A stretch of 60,664 nt of DNA, counting the filler, from an uncultured bacterium (GTDB taxonomy: Bacteria > Auribacterota > CAZIXI01): NCBI GenBank assembly GCA_964543115.1. It is 4 parts of 4 records of this genome, joined end to end, with 100 filler letters (N's around TTAATTAATTAA, not from the genome) between each part and the next. Parts side by side here need not be neighbours in the genome. Positions count along the whole stretch, not along the records: positions 45,831 to 60,664 come from CAZIXI010000060.1; 3 more parts are not named here. One strand, 5' to 3'. The position numbers and the translations under genes were made by a program. Shown here one piece after another: positions 51,801 through 60,664 of the stretch. The notes under the pieces were generated by a model. That model did not search any database, was not told where the DNA came from, and saw nothing but the letters and a program-made list of their open reading frames with translations. How positions within the stretch are numbered: the first letter of the stretch is position 1; the number at the start of each line of letters is the position of its first letter.

Positions 51801-54800
51801 ACAGGCCAGGTTAGCGGATATGTGGAGCACATAACAAATAATGATACAGCCCCGCTTGTAAAAATCGTAAATACCGTAGAATCAATAACATACAATGTCA
51901 AAGGCCAGCAATATGGGTCTTTGACAACAACAGAACAAACAGGTGCGCTAAAAACAGAAACAACCATAGAACGTATCTATACTAATTATAATGCCAGCAC
52001 GGGACAGGTAAGTGGTTATCAGGAAGAAGTAGTTAATCTTACTACAGCCTCAGGGGTAACAATTACCAATACGGTAAGCAATATAAGTTATAATGAAAAA
52101 GGACAGCAGGATGGATCTATTACGGTAACTATACAAAACGGCAATTGGGATGAGAGCGCGGATGGTTCAAAAGAAGATATCCAGACAACGGTAATTAGGA
52201 AGAGTACGGATTATGACGGTGGGACCGGCTTGGTGATTGGCTATGAAGAGGATATTATCAATTATACCACCTCACCGGAAGTGACCATTACCAATAAGGT
52301 CAGCGATATTATCCACAATGAAAACGCGCAGGAATATTCATCCAAGACCGTGACAACGCAAAACGGCAACTGGGATGATAGTGACGATGGTTCTAAAGAA
52401 GATATTGTTATCGAGGTCTTGAAGTTGGAGACAGAGTATGACAATCAAACCGGCCTGGTCTTGGCCTATACCGAAGAAGTAGTCAACAAAACAGCCTCGC
52501 CAGACTTAAAAACGAAAAATATTTACACTGAACAGGGGTACGACGAGGCGGGCAGGCTGATGAGTTATCTGTTGGAATCTCAAATGACCGGATCCACGGA
52601 GCAGCTCGTATCACAGATTGAGTTTAAGGATGGTGAACCGGTTATTTTACCGGCAATGAAGCTGCAGGTTAAAGACGCGGACGGTATCATTTTGACAGAT
52701 ATAACCTTAGCTGATCTGGGATTAACCGCTGATGAATTAAGCCAGCTGCTGGGAGATGAATCAGTTACTAAGACAATTGCCTGGGACGGCGGCTATGAAG
52801 AGATTACTATTTTGCCGGTAGATCCGACAGGTTCAGGGATTGAGCTCAAGCATCTGCCGGATTTGACTGCCTTACCGGAAAAGGTCTGGCTTAATGAGGA
52901 TGGCAGCTTAAAAGAGAATCCAGTAGTTGACTGGAGCTATCTGGCCCAGGATTCATTTAGTAATGTGTTAGCGGAATATATAGAGGCAAACGGCCTACCG
53001 GAGAAGGGGGTGGAAAGTTGGGCAGAGTATTGGCAGGATATGACTGGAAAACAGCGAAAGGAATTTCTGGAAGGCGTAAGTATTAATTTTTGGTGTGGTA
53101 GCGGCCCCAATGTCTGGGTCAACTTTGAAGATTTGGCTGAAGAGCACCAGAATGCCTTGCTTTCTGGTGAGACCGTTATTTCTTATTCACCGGAATGGAC
53201 AGCCGCAAGCTACATAAATAACATATTTTCTTCCTATAGAAAGATAAGGAAAGAATTGATTGTTTCTACTGAAGTTGTTAAACAAGAGGATCTTGTGGTG
53301 GATGTTTCAATAAATACAACAACCATAACGCAGAGAGTAAATACCGTATATGACAATACGCTGGGCCGGATCATCGAAACAGAAGATCAAGAGTTGTCAA
53401 ATGCGGCAAGTACAGGCCTAAAGAAAAAGATTGTTACGGAATTTACTGGTTGGGACGAAAAAGGCAGGCAGACACAGTGGAAAACCACAACCACTACGGT
53501 TGATCAGCAGTCTAGTTTTACTAATCCGAATGCTGAGCTTTATAATGAAACCTCTACGGTGACTAGAGAAAATACTGTTTATAATAATATTACAGGACAG
53601 GTGCTTGGCTACAGTGAAACGATCAATTCTGATGCCACCCCCAATCTGACAACGGAAATGGAGATGGCTAATATTAAATATAATGAAAAAGGACAGCAGA
53701 AAAGTTATGAAAGCAGCAGTCATTCCTCTGGATCATTGCTGACCGACATGGATCTGGCCATACATGATAGTATAATGGATAATAACTTTAACAATGATCT
53801 GGATATTAGTCAGCTCACCCCGGAGGTATATGAACAGCTGAAGACGTTTACCGCGGAAGATATATTGGCTATCTATAATAAGAATATGGGCACTGCTGAA
53901 GCCGGCATGCCCCTTTTCAGCGCGGAAGAGGTGATAGAATTTAATAATTTATATGAAGTGTACTTAATTGTTCAGCAGATGTTGTTTGAGTATGAATCCG
54001 CTTTAGGCTTTGACGTGCCGGAAGACGATCAGGAATGGGCAGCCTTAAAGAATAACTTGAGTGACGCGGAAAAAGATATCGAGGACTGGGTAAAAGATTT
54101 TAACGATCTGAATGATGATGAGATGTTAGAGAAGTATGCCTGGCTGGGCGATAAACTGCCAAATGAAATCTATTTGGGACTCAATAGCAATATTGCCGGA
54201 GCTGATTTAGACAAGAATAATATTGTCGATGACGATGATAAAGACGCTTTTAGGGATTTCCTAGATTCTACCTTTAATTATTTAGGTGTAACGTACACTG
54301 TTGGCGATTTGAATCTAAGGGATTATGACGGTAACGGTTATTTGGATTATGGGGATTACGTGCTCATGTATTCAATGTATTTGAATCCGGCGATGAGGGC
54401 GAGCCTGGGATATTCCGCGGCAGATCTGGATGTGAATGGAGATGGTTTTAATAACATAGATTTATCACTGTTTCATTTTGCCTTTAACAAGGCTCCGGAC
54501 AAATTTGTGAGTGATATTGACGGAGATGGTGCAATCACGCCTGCTGATGATGAGGCAATGGAGTATCTGGCTAACGGGGTGTTTCTTAAGGAAGAAGATA
54601 AAGGGTCCGTTGATGTTGTTTCTGCTAAGTTGACAGATAATGACATGAAAAAGTATTTACATAAGACCGGTGAAAGCGCTATCGGGCTGTTAGATGGCAA
54701 TATGGATGTGGAATCATTTACCTATAGGGAGTATACAATATATAATGGGCTGGGGCAGATTTCAGCGTATAAAGATGTGGCGAGTAATTCTGTTGCCCCG

Positions 54801-57800
54801 GCGCAGACTATAACTACCACCAAATCTCAGATTACCTACAATCTTAATGGCCAGCAGGACAGCTATGTGTCCTTAACCCAGACAAAGGCCCTGGACTTTG
54901 GTTTTACCGGCCTTGAAGATTTAACAAGCAGCCTGCCTTTCCCGCCCGATCAATCCTCACTTGCTGACGCGGACTGGCTTGCGGGTTTTAAGGAGGATCT
55001 GATTGCTTTATTTGTTAATCCCGAAGGTAATCCGGCAGAGCAATTTGCCGGAAAACAGGTACTTAATTATCTGCTGGGAGAGTATTTATTCGCGCAGGCG
55101 GATGTGGATAAGGATGGGGCAATAAGCGTGAAAGATGCTCTATTGATGTTTGAATCTACCTACACAAATGCTTCACAAAATAAGCTGGATAAGATGATAG
55201 GTAAAATTATCTGGGATGAGCTTAAAGCAACAGCTATCGGTGATATTACCTTTGACGGGAGTGTCAGTTCAGCTGACGCAACTGAGCTTTTAGCTATGAT
55301 AGAAGAGGGAATTGCCTCGAAGGAGGATCTTAACGCCTCAATCGATGTATTAGCTGATGATAATACCTTGCAGTTGTTCGCCAAGATGCTTTACAAAATT
55401 GAGCAGTTAGCGCCTGCTGAATCAGAGCAGGAGTTAGCCGCGCTCTATAATCAATTAACAAATCATCTGGATATAACCGCCAATACGGTTCGGACGGGGA
55501 CAGAATATGACAGTGACACCGGTTTTATCAGCGGCTACACGGAGTATAGCACTTCCAGTTCCACTCCTGCCTTATTGGTGAAGACAGAAAAATCAGCTAT
55601 TGGTTATAACGCCAAAGGACAGGAAAACAGTTATTCTACGAAGAATACGAATATTGGTTCTTTGTTTACTTTGACCGGGGTGGAAGAGTTATATGAGCTG
55701 GCCCTGGATTCGCTCATTGGACCCTGGGACGGGTATAATCCGGCTGCCGGCGACATCAACGGAGATGATAAGTTTACCAAGGCGGATTGGGATATTCTTG
55801 TGGATTATCTAGCAGACGGTGATGTGGATAACTCTGGCGCTAAAAACCTGTATTATACAAATTTGCTTGCTGATAAGAAAATGGGTGATATTAATACGGA
55901 CGGTAACATTGATAATGCTGATCGGGATGCCTTATTTACAATTATAAAAGCTGATATAAATGAAGATGGCAGCGTGAACGGAGCGGACGTGCTGATATTG
56001 CAAAAATACTATAATAATCATTATGATCCCAGTATAGCTGAATACAAAAATAAGCTTGATTGGGGCGAAGTGGGTGATGTTGACTGGTCAGAGATGAGTG
56101 CGGCTGCTTCAGCGAATTACTCAAATACCTGGCAGCATTTTAATAAGGTAAAGTACAGTGATTTAAAGCAGTTAAGTTATATCGTGGCCAGTTTAAATAG
56201 TTATGAGGGATGTGATATTGATGGTGATGACGCGATTACGCTAATGGATGTCTGTGTTCTAGAAGCGTATGTATCGGGATCAGACGGCGGTGCTAGTTTT
56301 AGTTATGATGGAGTCGAGTATACTGTGGAGAGGCTGGGAGATTCGAACTTGATAATAATTAATGGTGTTACTTTTGATGTAGGAGATTCATTTGATAAGC
56401 TTGATCTTGGAGTAGTAGGCGATGTTAATCATACGGGAACCATTGATTCCAAAGATACTGCAGTATTACGGACTAAGATCCTTCCGGCGATGGAAGGCGT
56501 GTTGGAATTTAAGGCCTATTATAATACTCTCTCCCCGAGCCAAAAACAGCTTTTGGAAAAAGCGGCGCTTGATTATTACTTAAAAACGGGATCCCAGGCC
56601 GCGGAGGTTGCCGCGCAGTGTGATGTGGACGGGGACGGCAAGATAACCCAGCTGGATCAGGATATCTTAGAGGATTATCTGGCTGTTTATGAAGAGGAAA
56701 TGGGAGATTCCTCGGTGCAGAAGACTCATAAGATTCATACCCAGGAGATAATTGATCAGATAGCAGATAAAAACGGCAACGGCACAAATGAAGATGAAAT
56801 TGAAGAAATCGAGAATAACCTCAACGCCAAATCCGTTGGTGATGCTAATCTAAGTGGAGAAGTGGATGCGGGCGATGTGGATTCTATCTGGCAGATAATC
56901 GGTGAATTAGGAGAGCATGATATTGCGGCCAATACGGAAACCGTGACGGATTTCCTGGCGGCAGAGCACGCGGAGGAAAACACTGCTGCCGGTAACCTGC
57001 CGGAAGTGAACTGGTTTGTTGTGCTGCAGTATATCCAGGCCCAGATCGCGCCTGATGCCGCCGGCAGGGATGATGAACTTAGCGGGTTCGCGGCGTTTAA
57101 GCAGGATGCTTTTGTGGAAGAGAATTACTGGACGGAGGTAAACAGGCAGTATACGAGCTATAATTCTCTGGGGCAGGTGACGGGTAACCAGGATATTACC
57201 ACCTTTCAGTCATCGCCATATCTGCAGACAACAACTACCGTAAGCGGTATTACCTATAATGCAAACAATTCTCAGATTGGCAGCAGGACAGTCAGCAAAA
57301 ATGAAAGCCTGCTGATAACAGCTGATTTGATTAATGAAATGGTAGTTAATTATAATAGTATGACGGCTGAAGAATTTGATGAGTACATTGAAGATAATTT
57401 TACTGCTGAGCAGAAAGAATTTTTAAAGGCCAAAGTGCTGGCGCAATGGAAAGAGCAGGCGGATCTGAATTCTGACGGGGTGGTAAATGACATGGATTAT
57501 TACTTGCTGCTGGATTACGTTGAAGAAGACGCTAGTCCAGGGGTGGCGAATAATATTGACGGTACGGTCTATGACGCGCAAAAACAGCAAACGTTTGAGA
57601 ACGTGAATTATGGAGTTGATTTAAATAAAAACGGCGTGTTTGATGAAGAAGCAGACTGGAATATGCTGGAAGAAAAGCTTGCTGATGCCGAAATAGGGGA
57701 TATGAATTTTAATGGCGATGTTGATTCCTGGGATTGGTCAGTAATGCTGCTCAGGAAAGGCAATATCTATACAAATCCGCCGGCGGATAGTGAAAAGGAA

Positions 57801-60664
57801 GAAATAAATAATTGGTGGATCTGGCAGATCTTTGGTTATGAGCTGGCGCAGGGAGAAAGTAATGTTCTCACTTGGGCGGGTGAGGATCTACTGGAAGAGG
57901 TGCACACCACAAAGTCTCATATCCAGTACAATATCTTGGGCCAGCAGACAGGGTATCAGGAAACTACTAGAAATATTACTCAGTCACCCAATCTGGAGGT
58001 GAAGACGGTAATGAGTAATATTTTGTATAACACAAAATCCCAGCAGCTCAGTTATTACAAGACTACCTATATTAACGGTAAAGGCCAGGGCTTCACTGTC
58101 TGGCAGGATTTAGTGGGAATAGTCGGTGGTGCGGGCAATAATTGGGTAATGTCCGATTATACATATTCCTATGTTGAATTTGGAACTAAAACAATAGAGT
58201 ATGATATGGGACCGTTTGGTACTGTCGAAATTAATGTTCCCACAGTTGAGAAAAAGACGAAAGAGGTACAGTTGCCCAGCACTTCTTTTACTGGATACGC
58301 GGCAATTGATGAATATCTTGATTCTTTGCCGGAATTTATCAAGACCAGTATAATTGATAGTGTGACAGATTTTATTATGGCCTCTTTTGATGTGGCACAC
58401 AAAACCGAAGATGGAGACGTAGAATACGGGCCGGATGGTGTACTTGATTGGAATGATATGCAGCTTATTTTTGCTGCGGCCAAACAGTTAGATGGAGAGG
58501 ATAAAGGGCTTGATCCCGCTGTTGTGGCCAAGATCAAGGATAAGGCGGACTTAAATGAAAGCGGGATATTGAGTTCTATTTTAGAATACATCTATCTCGA
58601 TGAAGGTGAGTTTAAACAGAAGGATGACGCCTTCCTCTTAGGGATAGTAGCGGATGTGCTGGATATTAAAGATGAGTTTGGTAATCCTCTGACAGTTACT
58701 TCCAGCCTGGCGGCAAGATTCATCTATCATTTTGTTAAGCAGGGCCAGGGTGAGAAATTACAGGAATTAATTGGTGGTGCCTTACAGGAAGTGAAATACG
58801 CCTTCCAGGAAAAGACTATTTATAACGAGTTGGGGCACATTTTATCTTATATCCAGACCATTAAGAGCAGCGCCACGCCCAATCTGACCACTAAGACCAT
58901 GGAAAGCCACAATGTTTATAACCAGTTTGGGCAGAAAGAGGGAAGCATCTCGCAGACCTGGCAGAACGGGAAACAATTCGGCGTGATTGCCCAGATCCTC
59001 TTTGAAGCGATTCAGAGCGGCGATCCGGAAAAGGTGAAAAAGGCAATAGATATGCTTGATGAAGAGGAAAAAGAGATCCTCAAGGCCCTAATCGGCGAAA
59101 GTATCTTCCTGGAGCTGCAGGGCCTGCTGGAGCAGATTGCTGAGGCAGAAAATCAGATAGAAGAGCTGAAAAAGAAATTAGATGAAGCTGAAGGATTACT
59201 GAATGTCCTTGGCCTGATATCGATTATGGCGCTTGTTGCCGCCAATCTCGACAATTTGTTAAAGCAATATTTTAGCCTGTTGGTGGCCAACGGTCTGCTG
59301 AGCGCGGAGGATGCTGAGTTCAGCGGGATAGAGGAGGGCTTGCAGAAGGCCAAGGCGGTGAAATTAAGCGACCTATTGATAATGTTGACTGAAGATAAAG
59401 TGGCCGCGGTGTTAATAGAGAAATACCAGGACCTGAGCCTTGCCGGGTTCACGGAGGAGCTGGGTGGTAATATCGATACAAAAGATATAACGATTTCCAT
59501 GGATCTTCAGTATAACCTGGCTGGCCAGATAATCAGTGAAACCATGTATAAGTGGAGTAGTGAGACGCCGAATTTAGGTACGATGATCAAGACAACGGAT
59601 ATCGTCTATAACGAAAAGGGACAACGGGCATCGTGGACCACAACCACAAAGATGAACGGCGTGATGTTTGATGATGAGGATCTAAAGCTGCTGAAAGAGG
59701 CGATGAAGAACCTCTACAAATTCAAAGAGGCCTGGGAGGACATGTCCATTGCTCAGAAGAGCGTTATCAAGAAAGTACTTGCCGATATGGTCTGGAACAA
59801 GTTCCTCCAGCTGGATGAAGACGCGAAAAAAGCGGCTGATCTTACCGGTGATGGAAAGCTTGATAAAAACGATCTAGCGCTTTGGGAGGGAATTGTAGAG
59901 GTTTTGTTCACAGATGCATATACTGCTGATGTTACGCTTACCGTGGATGGAGAAGATATAACATTCACAATCCATCAGCAAGAAGCCGCTGAGATCATGG
60001 CCGGGAAGAAGGTAGAGCTGACCAAGGAAGAAAATGGTGAGGTGATTGCCAGTATTGAAATAGGTATTGATGCTGATATTTTTGCTCAATATGCCAGCAG
60101 TGAAAGTGCGGAAGTAGAGGATTTTGCTCCTGGCCCCTGGGGTGAGCAGATAGCTGTTTATAATTATGACAAGGCGCAAGCTGCCCTAGAGGGTTTCTTC
60201 AGCAATTTTGGTTTATCTGTTGATGGTTTTGTCAATAATTTAAAGGATTATGTTGATCCTGATTTTAATGATCTGGATGAAGTTAGGATCTACCTTCTGG
60301 ACGTGGACGTTGCCGGCAAGACGCAGTCTTCCGCGGGTGTGTTTGACCTGGCCGAGGTCTTGGAATTGCTGGGGGACAGTGAAGATATGCAGGAATACCA
60401 GAAGGTATACCTGGAGCTTTCCAAATTAAGCGATAAAGAGCTTAACGCCTTTAGTCAGAAGTTGACGAAGCTGCATCAGGTTAGTCAGGAAAGCAAGCGG
60501 ATCAGCACCACGTATGATGATCTTGGCATGGTGGTGGGTTATGAAGAGACGTTCAAATCTAATGCCGCTCCTAATACAAATAAATATATGAAGGTAACTA
60601 GTATTACCTATGATCTGTTCGGCAGAAGAAAAAGTTATCAGCAGAAGTCCTGGACGGTTTATGA
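45831..60664 (+). CDS. Fragment of a giant RHS/YD-like repeat, dockerin/EF-hand-rich surface protein (about 4944 codons, open at both ends; absent from the ORF track)
   Basis: Frame starting at 45831 (KNTFDYDLTNK...). I translated by eye 45831-49260 and 52539-60664 with no stop. All repeat anchor codons between them stay in the same frame. Ends ..YDLFGRRKSYQQKSWTVY at the window edge. Confidence 0.9.
47007..52541 (+). repeat. About 25 tandem coding repeats, modal unit 219 bp (73 aa)
   Basis: 26 in-frame Y(N/D)xxGQ-type anchors from 47007 to 52539, with spacings of 198-249 bp, mostly 219. Consensus YNAKGQEYSSxTxVDKYGDWDGDGxKEHIYTTITRxSTDYxxxTGQVxGYxEEVVNxTTAPDVTxTNTVSDxx. Confidence 0.93.

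Noticed and set aside
47007..52541. CRISPR array or DGR template/variable repeats
   Set aside because: The period is about 219 bp, fully in frame and divergent at synonymous sites. There is no constant repeat with unique spacers, and no cas or reverse transcriptase gene.
262..60179. The many 60-170 aa ORFs overlapping or antisense to long genes, including all track ORFs beyond 45831
   Set aside because: They are shadows of well-supported genes and have no recognisable motifs or RBS.
45831..60664. Classical RHS polymorphic toxin
   Set aside because: No PxxxxDPxG core-end motif, toxin tip or immunity gene is visible. The termini are outside the window, so this is unsupported rather than excluded.
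1..60664. tRNA, rRNA, integrase or transposase genes
   Set aside because: None was recognised. Nearly all sequence is accounted for by protein-coding frames.

Overview
This window is not contiguous genome. It is four assembly contigs joined by identical artificial 100-nt linkers (44 N + TTAATTAATTAA + 44 N), apparently ordered by decreasing length, so neighbourhoods across the linkers have no biological meaning. Contig 1 (1-15609) carries the end of a split carB N-terminal half, then guaA-purS-purQ-purL-purF. These converge on an 11-gene type IV pilus/T2SS-like cluster with a PilM-PilN fusion, a terminal PilZ gene, a sigma70 promoter and an internal sigma54 promoter. Contig 2 (15710-30698) carries a 5'-truncated protein of more than 2545 aa (FIST fragment, an apparently intact but very divergent PEP-synthase-like enzyme, a degenerate second copy and an unknown tail). 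It converges on a GldF/GldG-like ABC, DUF4340, RseC, deoxyhypusine-synthase-like, RfaD-like, AmrS operon. Contig 3 (30799-45730) is one reading frame open at both ends (about 4977 codons). It joins the C-terminal half of a SecA motor to a bundle of about 10-13 transmembrane helices, a Zn-dependent M15 (VanY-like) peptidoglycan peptidase, possible TolC-like helical repeats and a beta-barrel-like segment. Contig 4 (45831 to window end) is another frame open at both ends (about 4944 codons) that the ORF track omits. It has about 25 tandem 73-aa RHS/YD-like repeats with DxDxDG loops, followed by the same scaffold with large dockerin/EF-hand-rich domains inserted at the loop position. The giant SecA-bearing genes plus pilus/T2SS genes suggest Candidatus Omnitrophota or a similar diderm lineage (inference, not a placement). 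All domain calls come from motif recognition by eye; no searches were run.
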